Source: an uncultured virus (IMG/VR IMGVR_UViG_3300009838_000017)
Lineage: Duplodnaviria; Heunggongvirae; Uroviricota; Caudoviricetes
Reading direction: 5' to 3' (one strand)
Virus record (IMG/VR): IMGVR_UViG_3300009838_000017
Span: 109,163-129,162 of that record
DNA length: 20,000 bases
Made by a program: the position numbers and the translations under genes
Shown: in pieces, positions 1-8,677 of the stretch
Layout: every line of letters begins with the position of its first letter
Numbering within the stretch: the first letter of the stretch is position 1
Notes under the pieces: generated by a model
Seen by the model: the letters and a program-made list of their open reading frames with translations, nothing else
Databases searched by the model: none
What the model was told of the DNA's origin: nothing

Positions 1-401
1 CCAGTGGCGTTTGCAATCGAAGCCGACCGGTCGAGAAGCCTCCCTGTGACGGTGGCTGAAGGTGGGATGAGCCCAACCACGAAGAGCTTTGGGTTGGCCT
101 TCGTTTGGGAGATTGGAATGAAGTCGGTGTTAGAGTCTTGCTCAAACTGAGAGCTGGAGAAGAAGGTGAGTAGTTTCCGGTAGAGTTCCGGAGAGTAGTA
201 GTCAGCCTTGTTCTCGATGTCCGTGATGACCCGTTCGCCACGCCGAACACCTGGAGGGAGAGGATGCGATGAAGCCTGCCCACTCGTCACCGGGGGGAAC
301 ACCATCCCCTCGAAAGTAGTGGGGTCCTGTGGAGATCCCCAACCACTCTGATAGTTCAGAGGCTCGTTCCCAGTAGGGTCTGTGATGTTCTTGGTCGCCA
401 T
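1..401 (-). CDS. Hypothetical protein, probably baseplate/tail-associated (partial, runs off the window start)
   Basis: Not in the ORF track. Manual translation from ATG at 401 (MATKNITDPTGNEPLNYQSGWGSPQDPTTFEG...KLFVVGLIPPSATVTGRLLDRSASIANAT) is open to base 1. It starts 10 nt after the stop of the preceding gene. Function is inferred from position only. Confidence 0.7.
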   Translation of the reverse strand, partial: MATKNITDPTGNEPLNYQSGWGSPQDPTTFEGMVFPPVTSGQASSHPLPPGVRRGERVITDIENKADYYSPELYRKLLTFFSSSQFEQDSNTDFIPISQTKANPKLFVVGLIPPSATVTGRLLDRSASIANAT

Positions 402-411
402 CTCCTAGACT

Positions 412-1281
412 CTATTCCTTGGTGGTTGGGAGCTTGGGGGCATCCGGGTTCGAGGGGGCTGAGGGTAGTCCGCCCAAGAAGTCCATGACGGAGTTGTACC
501 CAGACACAACTGCGTTGTACCCGGCTACAGCAGTCTGTCGAAGAACCTCTGCCCGAGCCTCACTCGCCTTTTTCTCCTCGGCAGCTTTTTCCTCCTCAAG
601 CCGATTGTAGTATTGGGCGTTGGTCTCCCCTTGGTTGGTGACCTCGACCTTCTTCCCGTTCATGCTCTGGAATGTCGGAGCCCCTCTGGAGAACTCATCG
701 GTGTAGGGGATCTTCTGGATGGTGTGCTCCACCTTGAAGGTCCACGAAATCTTGAAGGCGAAGGGACTATCGTCAGTCTCCTCCACCGAGAAGTTGCGAA
801 AAGTCCCAATGTAGGTCCCCCGGTCGAACATGAGCATGATCCACCCCTGGAGAACGATGTTCCCAAAAGGGTCGTAGACCGAGCCGTTGTTTCGATAGAG
901 GTCATAGAGGTCCCGGTACCTGTCCCAGGCAATGGTCCTCTGCCTGAGAACCGAGGAGAGCCCTGTATACAGGTTCACGAAGGCTCCAGTAGACTGGTCC
1001 ACCGAGATTTCAGTCAGCTCATCACCCCAGTGCTGTTCGACGAACCCTCCCCTGGTCTGAATCCGCTCGACCTTCTTGGTGAAGGTCTCAGCAAAGCTCA
1101 TCGGGTTGACGTGGGCAACCAGGGCATGAGGGAGTAGGACCTTCTGGTGGTCATAGGGGCTGGTAACCTGGAAGGCGAGTGGGACATAGTGCTTCCTGGT
1201 GTCCGCACCATGGATGTAGACTGCCTTCCCATCCGTGGTGGGAGCGAAGTTCGACGGATTGGCGGATCGAATGTAGCCCAT
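412..1281 (-). CDS. Putative tail tube initiator / baseplate hub protein (tube-like fold)
   Basis: 289 aa, coupled to the tape measure gene by a TGATG overlap. The pattern VNPMSFAETFTKKVERIQTRGGFVEQHWGDELTEISV...YIGTFRNFSVEETDDSPFAFKISWTFKVE resembles tube-initiator proteins that follow TMP in contractile tails. Confidence 0.65.
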   Translation of the reverse strand: MGYIRSANPSNFAPTTDGKAVYIHGADTRKHYVPLAFQVTSPYDHQKVLLPHALVAHVNPMSFAETFTKKVERIQTRGGFVEQHWGDELTEISVDQSTGAFVNLYTGLSSVLRQRTIAWDRYRDLYDLYRNNGSVYDPFGNIVLQGWIMLMFDRGTYIGTFRNFSVEETDDSPFAFKISWTFKVEHTIQKIPYTDEFSRGAPTFQSMNGKKVEVTNQGETNAQYYNRLEEEKAAEEKKASEARAEVLRQTAVAGYNAVVSGYNSVMDFLGGLPSAPSNPDAPKLPTTKE

Positions 1282-4200
1282 CAGTGAAACTTCTCCCGAC
1301 GCTTGTACTCGTAGACACCCTCAGCCACCTTGGCCTTGATGAGATTGGCGAGGTCGGCCCCTCCGATCCCATTCACATTGACCGTGATGTTGCCTGCCCC
1401 TCCCTGCCCCCCACCGGCAGGAATGATCCTCTCCCCCTTCCCAATGGAGGCCAGACCCTCACCTGGAGCTGGATTGATTGTGGCTAGGCCCCCACCAACA
1501 CTGGTAACCACACCACCTTCAGCGTTATCATTCAGGAACCCAGGCTTGTACCCCTTTGCCGCCTTGAAAGCCTCCGCCTGCTTCCCGGCATCAAGCCCTG
1601 AGTTCTCCATCTTCTCAAGGACCTTGTTTGGGTCCTCAGCGGTATAGACAGCGAACTCGAAAAGGGCGACTCGAACAGCGTCAAGGACACTCTTCTCGAT
1701 GTTGGTGTCCTCCTTGAACCGCTGGGGGTTGAGCCTGATACCCTTCTGCTTCATCAGGTCCCAGAGGTCCTGGAGATTCCTGACGGTGTCCCTCCCCGTG
1801 ATGTCAATCATGCTGACGACTTCTTGGGTCCCCTTGTCAGGGGTAGAAGACATCATCGGCCCGTTGACGTTGCTCATCGGGGCCAGGGTCGGGCTGAAGT
1901 TGGACCCTGGGGTCGAGGTGGCTGGGGTAGCGGCTGGGGCAGCGGTAGAAGTCGTGACTGCCCCAGCGTTTCCAGGATCGGCGGCCTTGGCAGTAGCGGC
2001 TGCCTGACCTGTTGGGGAAGGTGGGGCTGGGGCTCCCGGAGCGGCTGGCTTGGCTTCAGCCCCTCCCTTGGCCTTGGCCTTGGCAGCCTCTTCAGCAGCA
2101 GCCTTCTCCTTGGCCGCCTTGGCCTTGGCTGCGTCAGTGGACTCAGCAACCTTTGCAGGCCCCTGGCCTTTGAGGATGTCCATATTGGGAAGAGTCTGAG
2201 CCAATCCCTCTGGACTCATAGCCCGGAGGGACTTTTGGATGAACTCCTTGTAGTCCTTCTCCTCAAAACCAGCCTCTCTCATGGCTCTTTGGACACTGAT
2301 TAGGGTTGCCCCACCATCCTTCTTCGATTGGGCTTCCTGTGCAGCAAGGGACTCGTCAAACTTCTTCTTCTTCGCAGCATCGATCCCTGTCATTCCGACA
2401 GTTTTCTTGCCTCCCTCAGTGGTATCCAAGCCTCCACGAACAAGAACGTCACTCAAGGCATTCTGCATTGAGGGGTTCTTCTGCATCGTAGTGAGTTTAC
2501 TGAACCGCTCCTCAAAGCCCTTATTGAAGTCCCCCAGCTCTTCTTTGGTCATAGACCGACCGAGGGTCTTCTCATGTGCCGCAATAGAAGCTGTTCGGCT
2601 CGCTTCTTTGTCCTTGGCTCCGGACTCACTCAATGCCTTGTCAAGAACAGGACCAACTGTTTCAATCCACCTGGCTGCCTTACCCCCAGCGGTTGTTTCG
2701 TTCCTACCAGCCTCCACCATGGCGTCGATGAGCTTGGCGTTCCCCTCGGTCTTGGTCTTTGAGAGAGCATCGTCAACCGCTTTGGCTTGCTTCCTTGGAT
2801 CAGTCTTATTCCACCACCCGGCAACCAGGTCGATGAACTCGTTGATGTCCTCAAGGATCCTCTTGAGTTTGACGTAGAGAAACTCGAAGATACCCTCGAT
2901 GACCATCTCTATCTTGTCGGAGATGCTGGTTGTGGCCTTGAAGGTCTCAGCAGCGTAGTCTGTCTGCTCTTGGGCGGCTGCCAGGTTGTCCTGAGCACTC
3001 TTCTCCATCGTGGCGATGACATCTGCATCATCGGCTGCCTTGATGGCCTTCTCATCTTTGAGGCCCATGGCATCCATGCGGGCAAGCATCTGCTTGTCCC
3101 CCTCAGTCAACTCCTGTGGTGGCTTCTTGAGGAGCTTGATCATCTCCTCCTTCTGGTCATCTACGGCGGCCTCCAACTTCGCCATCCCCCGGAACTGCTC
3201 CAGCGAGACACCGGCTGCCTTACGGGCAGCAAAGGCTTGGACCCCAGTCATGTCCCGGAGCTTCCCACCACCACCGAAGCGCTGTAGGGCCTTCTTGGTC
3301 AGGGTAAGAGCACCAGCAGCCGAGAGGTTGGAGGCTGCCTCCTGGATGCCCATGATCCCGCCCTTCTCAAGGGCGTTCTTGTCCATTTTGGCCTCTGCCA
3401 AGAAGCTCTTGAAGGCTGCCCTCTGGTTCTCGGGGACCTTCTGCAACATCGCATCAAGCTCACTACCACCCTTATCAACTGCCTTCTTGACCTCTTCAAC
3501 GGTCATACCAGCAGAGGAGGCCATGTCAGCGTAGGCTAGCTTCGACTTCCGGGCGAGGTCCTTGGTCACAATGTCCTTGGTGGCACCCTCACCCGCCAAG
3601 AGCGTCATGCGGAGTCGCTCTTCCTCGGACATCTGCTTCATGCCCTGCATGGCGGTCTGGAAGAACTTCTGGGCCTCCCTCGGGTTCATCACCTTCCCGA
3701 GGAGCTTGAGCATCGTGGCAGCCTGACCAATACGTGTCGTGTAGAGACCAAGGTCAGCGGAAACACCTCGAAGGATGGCGAAGAACTTGTTGGTAGCCAT
3801 CCCGGATTCGTTGGCCTCCTTCGTCATCCGGGCGAACTCCAACTTGAGGCCAGACAAGCTGGTCCCCATCTCGGTGAACATCTCCCCTTGGAGGTCAGTG
3901 ATCTCGTTGATGCTCACACCCATGAGCCGTGAGTAGGCAAAGCTCATCCGGGCCATATCGCCAAAACCCTTGATCTGACGAGCTGCCTGGTCGGAAGAGT
4001 CCCCAGCGTTCTTGAACGCCTGGGTCATGCTCTTGAGTGTGATCCCCTGCTGGGCCAAGGCGTTGGTGGTCTTGATGATGTCATCTGCCTTGGTGCCCCA
4101 CTTGAAGTTCTCACCTATGTCAGTGGCATCCTTCCTGACCTGGTCCAGGGTTGAGTCCAGCTTGCGGAAGGCACCCTCCGACTTCTTCCCACCCTCATAC

Positions 4201-5204
4201 AGGAACTCAGCGGCCGAGGCCCCATCAAGGAGGTTCTTGTTCATCTCCTTGGCAGCCGACTCAGCATCCAGGGCAATCTTGACGATGGCAGCAAAGATGG
4301 CGGCCGAGGCACTGAGGATGGGTCCCATCTTGGCAAGGGTACCAACGAGAGGGCCGATGGATTTCATCATCCCGCCAATGCCCTTCATGGCGGAACCTAG
4401 GCCCTGCATCCCGGCCCCGGCAAAGCCCTTCATGTCTTTGCCCTTGTTCTTCATCTCTTGCCCCTTATCCTGAAGGGCAAACCCACCCTTCAGAATCTTG
4501 GGCAACGCTACGGCACCAGCCTTCTTGAAGACCGAGGCGGACATCTTGAGTCCAGCCTTGGCAATCCCAAGAACGTCCTTGCCCTTGAGGGAGTCGATAC
4601 CGTCCTTGAACCCCTCGAAGAGTTCCTCGCCCATGCTGTAGGACTGAGCTGCATCCAGGGTGTCTTTCAGCCCCTTGGCAGTGGCACCCTTACTCTCTGC
4701 CCTACGCTGGATCTCATTGTGGACCCCAGTCTTCTCCATCTTCTTGGAGAGGATCTTGCTCTTCTCGCTGTAGGACTTCTTGGCCTCTTTGATGACAAGA
4801 GAACTCTCCTTTTGGAGGTCCTTGAGGGTCTCCTGAAGGGCTGCCTTCCTGGCCTTGTCAGACTCCCTGTTGATGGCTTCCTCAGCCTTGGCAATCTTCT
4901 CCCGCTCGGCTGTGACGACCCTGGTGAGGTTCCTAGCTGCTGACTCGGCCTCAACAAACTGCTTGGAAATAGCCCCCCTGCTCTTCTTCGACATCAAGGA
5001 CATCATGTCCTTCAGCTCGTCCCCAATCCGACCGACACCCTTTTCGGCCTTCTTGAGGGACTTGGAGTCGAAAGCGTCGAACTTCAGCTTCTTGGACACC
5101 ATCGCCTTGAGCGACTTGTCCATCTTGCTGAGGGCACCGAGAGCCTTACGAGTCTCAAGCTCGATATTGAACGCTAGTTCGACTTGCTCACGGGTACTCG
5201 CCAT
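1281..5204 (-). CDS. Tail tape measure protein
   Basis: 1307 aa, Ala/Lys/Gly/Met-rich and helical. Has a Gly-rich hydrophobic segment (GLGSAMKGIGG...SAAIFAAIVKIAL), an Ala/Pro/Thr linker and a typical TMP C-terminal motif (AEGGVV...GKGERIIPA...NITVNVNG). Lies downstream of tube and chaperones. GGAG lies 7 nt before the ATG. Confidence 0.85.
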   Translation of the reverse strand: MASTREQVELAFNIELETRKALGALSKMDKSLKAMVSKKLKFDAFDSKSLKKAEKGVGRIGDELKDMMSLMSKKSRGAISKQFVEAESAARNLTRVVTAEREKIAKAEEAINRESDKARKAALQETLKDLQKESSLVIKEAKKSYSEKSKILSKKMEKTGVHNEIQRRAESKGATAKGLKDTLDAAQSYSMGEELFEGFKDGIDSLKGKDVLGIAKAGLKMSASVFKKAGAVALPKILKGGFALQDKGQEMKNKGKDMKGFAGAGMQGLGSAMKGIGGMMKSIGPLVGTLAKMGPILSASAAIFAAIVKIALDAESAAKEMNKNLLDGASAAEFLYEGGKKSEGAFRKLDSTLDQVRKDATDIGENFKWGTKADDIIKTTNALAQQGITLKSMTQAFKNAGDSSDQAARQIKGFGDMARMSFAYSRLMGVSINEITDLQGEMFTEMGTSLSGLKLEFARMTKEANESGMATNKFFAILRGVSADLGLYTTRIGQAATMLKLLGKVMNPREAQKFFQTAMQGMKQMSEEERLRMTLLAGEGATKDIVTKDLARKSKLAYADMASSAGMTVEEVKKAVDKGGSELDAMLQKVPENQRAAFKSFLAEAKMDKNALEKGGIMGIQEAASNLSAAGALTLTKKALQRFGGGGKLRDMTGVQAFAARKAAGVSLEQFRGMAKLEAAVDDQKEEMIKLLKKPPQELTEGDKQMLARMDAMGLKDEKAIKAADDADVIATMEKSAQDNLAAAQEQTDYAAETFKATTSISDKIEMVIEGIFEFLYVKLKRILEDINEFIDLVAGWWNKTDPRKQAKAVDDALSKTKTEGNAKLIDAMVEAGRNETTAGGKAARWIETVGPVLDKALSESGAKDKEASRTASIAAHEKTLGRSMTKEELGDFNKGFEERFSKLTTMQKNPSMQNALSDVLVRGGLDTTEGGKKTVGMTGIDAAKKKKFDESLAAQEAQSKKDGGATLISVQRAMREAGFEEKDYKEFIQKSLRAMSPEGLAQTLPNMDILKGQGPAKVAESTDAAKAKAAKEKAAAEEAAKAKAKGGAEAKPAAPGAPAPPSPTGQAAATAKAADPGNAGAVTTSTAAPAATPATSTPGSNFSPTLAPMSNVNGPMMSSTPDKGTQEVVSMIDITGRDTVRNLQDLWDLMKQKGIRLNPQRFKEDTNIEKSVLDAVRVALFEFAVYTAEDPNKVLEKMENSGLDAGKQAEAFKAAKGYKPGFLNDNAEGGVVTSVGGGLATINPAPGEGLASIGKGERIIPAGGGQGGAGNITVNVNGIGGADLANLIKAKVAEGVYEYKRREKFH

Positions 5205-5207
5205 AGG

Positions 5208-6506
5208 TCATCTCCGGAATGGGGTCGCCCTTGGCCGTGGAGGTGGCAGAGGCAAGACCTCGGAGGGGTCACGGTCTGTGGTCCCCACACCAGGATCCTG
5301 ATAAGTTCCGTCCTGATCCCCGAGGTACTTCTGCATGAACCCCTCCATACGCTCATCCATCAGCTCTGGATGCACCATGCGGGAGGCAGCCTGTTGGGCT
5401 TCAAGCTGACGCTTCCGCTGGATTCTCTGGGCTACCTCTTCCTTCGTGAGCCCTGTGAGTTCCGAACTCGCTGCATAGGGGCGGGCCTGCTCCTTCTCAC
5501 GCTCCCGAGCCAGCTCTTGGATCTTCTTCTGGCGGGCAGTCATCTCAGACCTGAGTCGAGCTTCTTCACGGGCAACCACCTCATCGTGCCAGTCCTTCTC
5601 TCCTCGAAGGTTCTTCTCCAACTGGTCGGCCAACTCCTCAACAGACCGGGCCACGTTCATGACATAGCGCCCGCTCTCCTTGGCCTTGTCAGGGTCTTCT
5701 CGAAGGACCACCTGACGAATGAGCTGGTCCCGACGCTTGACCCGCTCCTCACGCTCCTTCTGGCGACGGTCCTTGTCCTGGTTGTAGATTTTCTGGATGC
5801 CCTTGCCCGCGAAGCAGGACCCGATGAACTTGGCGTTGTCCCACTCCCTCTCGGCTGAGTCTCGGGTGTCCTCGTAGTAGTTGAGTGCCCTCCAAACGAG
5901 TTGGGCGAAGTTGAGACCCAAACGCTCTGTACCCAAGATCCCAGTAGAGGTCGAAGACATTGGGTCGAGCCCCCGATACTGAGCCCACCGGAACCTGGAG
6001 TAGTTCTCCATCTGGTAGGCTTCGGTCAGGGTCACTGCCCCAGCCGCCTTGGAGTTGACCTCTGAGAGGTGACGGATGATCTTCCCCCGAGCCCCTGTTG
6101 GGAACCCAGAGAAGACCTCTTGGAGCTTTGGGACCCACTGGTCTCGGTCGGGCAGGATGTTCTGCCCGTCAATCATGAAGACCCCGTAAGCCATGAAAGC
6201 GCTGTAGTAGCGATCCATGGACTTCCCAGTCATCTCCCCGAGTGTGCCCGAGGCCCACTGAAGGTACTCGAACTCCCGATGGTTGATTGACTTGAAGAGG
6301 AACTGAACCCCGTTGATCTCAGCGGGCAAAATGAGAAAGCCCCTGAACAAGAGGCTTTCCACATCTCGATAGACCTCTGGGTTGACTTCCGGCTCTTTTG
6401 GAGCCGGAATCCGAATGTCCTCGGGATCAACCTCGCCGGATGCTAGGGCCTCTTCGGCCCCCTCGACGATTTCGTTGATCCGGTCGTTGAGGCTAGGCCG
6501 TGGCAT
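5208..6506 (-). CDS. Putative tail assembly chaperone-like protein 2
   Basis: 432 aa directly upstream of TMP, with GAGGT before the ATG. Core INGVQFLFKSINHREF...MAYGVFMIDGQNI resembles the upstream gene. The C-terminal half is charged coiled-coil. Function is inferred from synteny. Confidence 0.55.
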   Translation of the reverse strand: MPRPSLNDRINEIVEGAEEALASGEVDPEDIRIPAPKEPEVNPEVYRDVESLLFRGFLILPAEINGVQFLFKSINHREFEYLQWASGTLGEMTGKSMDRYYSAFMAYGVFMIDGQNILPDRDQWVPKLQEVFSGFPTGARGKIIRHLSEVNSKAAGAVTLTEAYQMENYSRFRWAQYRGLDPMSSTSTGILGTERLGLNFAQLVWRALNYYEDTRDSAEREWDNAKFIGSCFAGKGIQKIYNQDKDRRQKEREERVKRRDQLIRQVVLREDPDKAKESGRYVMNVARSVEELADQLEKNLRGEKDWHDEVVAREEARLRSEMTARQKKIQELAREREKEQARPYAASSELTGLTKEEVAQRIQRKRQLEAQQAASRMVHPELMDERMEGFMQKYLGDQDGTYQDPGVGTTDRDPSEVLPLPPPRPRATPFRR

Positions 6507-6514
6507 GGCTTACC

Positions 6515-7696
6515 TCAAAGACGTGGGGGGGCTTTGAACCTGGGGTTGATCCCTGCAACCGGGGGCTGCTCGAAGATCCGTTCGGCTGCCTGAGGGTTGA
6601 CCTTGGCGATGTTCTCGGCCAACTCAGGGATGCCTTCGGCCAACCTGGTTCCACCCTGGATGGGGGGAGGAGTTGGGTCATCTGGAAGAGCTGCCTGCTG
6701 CTCCATCGCCTCGATCTCCTGAGCCCTACGAAGGGCTGCCGGAGTGGCTGGGATGACCGGGCGGGCCTGCATTGCCGGAGGGGGCTGGGCGGGCTGAGTC
6801 GCCTGGGGGACCTGAGCCTGGGGTGGTTGGGGAACCGGGGAGGCCACCTGGTTCAGAGGCTTCCGGCTCCTCATGAGCACCTCGGGATCGGGATGCTGAA
6901 GCTCCGGAGGGAGGTTGGGGCGCACCGGGCGGGCCAGGGGCACTTCAGGGGCCTCCTGAGGGGGGTTTGCTGGTGCCTGGTGGCTTGGAGCTTGTGCTCG
7001 AACCGGAGCCCTCTGAGGGGCTGCTACCGGGACTGGCTGGGGTTCGGGAACCTCTCCAGGGGGGATCTCCTCCGCCACCTGGGCGAGCTTCTGATCGACC
7101 CCTTCCAACTCACCCTTGGACGACCGGGACATATACCCCACCTCGTCCAGGATCCGACCAACCAGCTCGAAGGGGATTTGCCCTTCAATCTCCTTGGCCT
7201 CGATGAGCAGACGGCGGTACTTCTCCTCCGGGGTCTCATCGGGGATGGTGAACTCAACCCCTTCAGTGGAAGCCTTCTCAGACTTGGCTACCACCTCGTT
7301 GAACTTCCGGAAGGTGGTGTCGATGACTTCCCGAGACCAGGTTGCCAAGATGTACTCGGAGACGAACTGATGCCGTTCCAAGGCTACAGTCTTGGTTGAA
7401 ACCTTGCCTGTTCGAGGGTCCGTTTCCTCAACGTCCACCTCCACGAAATCATACTCACGGAGAGACTCTCCGTTGATTTCGCAGACGGCACGGGAGATGT
7501 GCTCCCGCTTGAAGGCGTTGATGTACTGGAGTTCCTCGAACTCCTGAGCCGCTTGCATAGCGGCTTCATACTCCTCAGGTCGGAGACTCCTGAGCACTAC
7601 GTTGCAGTCAGCAACGGTGAACGAAACCTCTACCTCTCCTACTCGCTGGGCCTTCTTGAGAGCTTCGGTGATCTTCTTCGCTTGCAACTTTGCCAT
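6515..7696 (-). CDS. Putative tail assembly chaperone 1 with Pro/Gln-rich C-terminal tail
   Basis: 393 aa following the tail tube gene. N-terminal VVLRSLRPEEYE...HISRAVCEINGESL pattern is typical of myovirus tail chaperones. The C-terminal ~180 aa are low-complexity. Confidence 0.6.
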   Translation of the reverse strand: MAKLQAKKITEALKKAQRVGEVEVSFTVADCNVVLRSLRPEEYEAAMQAAQEFEELQYINAFKREHISRAVCEINGESLREYDFVEVDVEETDPRTGKVSTKTVALERHQFVSEYILATWSREVIDTTFRKFNEVVAKSEKASTEGVEFTIPDETPEEKYRRLLIEAKEIEGQIPFELVGRILDEVGYMSRSSKGELEGVDQKLAQVAEEIPPGEVPEPQPVPVAAPQRAPVRAQAPSHQAPANPPQEAPEVPLARPVRPNLPPELQHPDPEVLMRSRKPLNQVASPVPQPPQAQVPQATQPAQPPPAMQARPVIPATPAALRRAQEIEAMEQQAALPDDPTPPPIQGGTRLAEGIPELAENIAKVNPQAAERIFEQPPVAGINPRFKAPPRL

Positions 7697-7732
7697 TCTC
7701 GCACCCTACCAGTTTGGGGTTGTGGTGGAGAA

Positions 7733-7890
7733 GGACAGCGGTGACGGCAGAGGTGAATGTGTACATCTACATCCCATCTAGTTCGGGGGTCCGATCTAGC
7801 CTCCCCGCCCAGAGGACCAAGCGGGGAGAGTGAGGGAACAATCTGGGTCTGATCTGATACTTCTACATCTACATCCGTTGCCGCATGTCC
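7733..7890. ncRNA. Candidate structured RNA / cis-regulatory element
   Basis: Closing stem pairs 7733-7747 (ggacagcggtgacgg) with 7875-7890 (ccgttgccgcatgtcc). Internal hairpins at 7778-7799 and 7801-7828. A 13-nt direct repeat tacatctacatcc occurs at 7762-7774 and 7864-7876. No credible long ORF. Confidence 0.45.
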
Positions 7891-7901
7891 AATCTCATCT
7901 A

Positions 7902-7925
7902 AGGCCCCCTCCTTGAAGGGGGCCT
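7902..7925 (-). terminator. GC-rich hairpin just after the tail tube stop (terminator or mRNA-stabilising stem; no U-tract)
   Basis: aggccccct-ccttga-agggggcct is a 9-bp inverted repeat 10 nt downstream of the tube stop codon. It lacks a following poly-U. Confidence 0.45.
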
Positions 7926-7935
7926 ATCTCAGCCA

Positions 7936-8658
7936 TCAGCCGACGGTTGTTGAGGGCTGTGCTCCTCCGGCGAACCGGAGCGAGTAGCCACCACCAGCGG
8001 TTCCACCACCACCGGGGCTGAGGCCCGTGTCGATGAACTCACCGTAGGTCGAGAAACCGTCGATGATGTCCGTGACAGTCACCGAAGAGTTCTCAGCCAC
8101 GATGGCTGCATCGCTCGTGAACGAGGCGGAGTAGCTGTTGAGCCAGCAACCCTCGTAGAAGGTGAAGAGGGCCTTGATGTCACTCGTGTAGAGGCTCGAA
8201 GTACCCTGGGGCTGCTGAACGGCCTTCTTGATGTTCTTCGAGTCCACACCAACCGTGTCCTCCTTCGAGGACAGCTCGGAGAAGACCAGCTCTTGCTTGA
8301 TGTCGAACGGCCAGCGGTGATGCCGGAGCGACCTGACCAGACCTTCGACGCCACCCTTGTACCCGAGCACCTGGAAGATGTTCACGGTGTAGAGCAGGGT
8401 CCGGTTCAAGGTCAGGGCCATCGGCTCGGTCACGCCCGGCACAAGCTCGGCAACCGTGTCACCAAAGCCTACGCCACGGACGGGATCGATGGTCCGGCTC
8501 TCATCGAAGCCGAACTCAGAGACCACACCGATCTGTTGGAACTTGTTCTTTCCAACCATGTAGCCGTAGACCTTGTTCTTCTGGCTGACGGCTACACGAG
8601 TGTTGGGGGCGGTCCCCATTCGGTAGATGTAAGTGTTGAGTTCCCTCGGGTTTCCCAT
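7936..8658 (-). CDS. Tail tube protein
   Basis: 240 aa. IGVVSEFGFDESRTIDPVRGVGFGDTVAELVPG...LTLNRTLLY...PFDI...YEGCWLNSYSASFTSDAAIVAENSSVTVTDI is a characteristic contractile-tail tube pattern. Strong SD GAGGAG 8 nt before the ATG. Confidence 0.85.
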   Translation of the reverse strand: MGNPRELNTYIYRMGTAPNTRVAVSQKNKVYGYMVGKNKFQQIGVVSEFGFDESRTIDPVRGVGFGDTVAELVPGVTEPMALTLNRTLLYTVNIFQVLGYKGGVEGLVRSLRHHRWPFDIKQELVFSELSSKEDTVGVDSKNIKKAVQQPQGTSSLYTSDIKALFTFYEGCWLNSYSASFTSDAAIVAENSSVTVTDIIDGFSTYGEFIDTGLSPGGGGTAGGGYSLRFAGGAQPSTTVG

Positions 8659-8677
8659 CGGTCAGGCTCCTCTTTGG

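Noticed and set aside
6500..6540. Programmed frameshift at GCC CCC CCA fusing the two chaperone-like genes
   Set aside because: The downstream gene's frame has a TAA immediately before GCC ATG, and the other frame stops at 6493, so no long fusion is possible.
7697..7935. tRNA, CRISPR array or protein-coding gene in the tube-chaperone gap
   Set aside because: No cloverleaf or T-loop consensus. Only two 13-nt repeats about 100 nt apart. The one long open minus-strand frame lacks a start codon.
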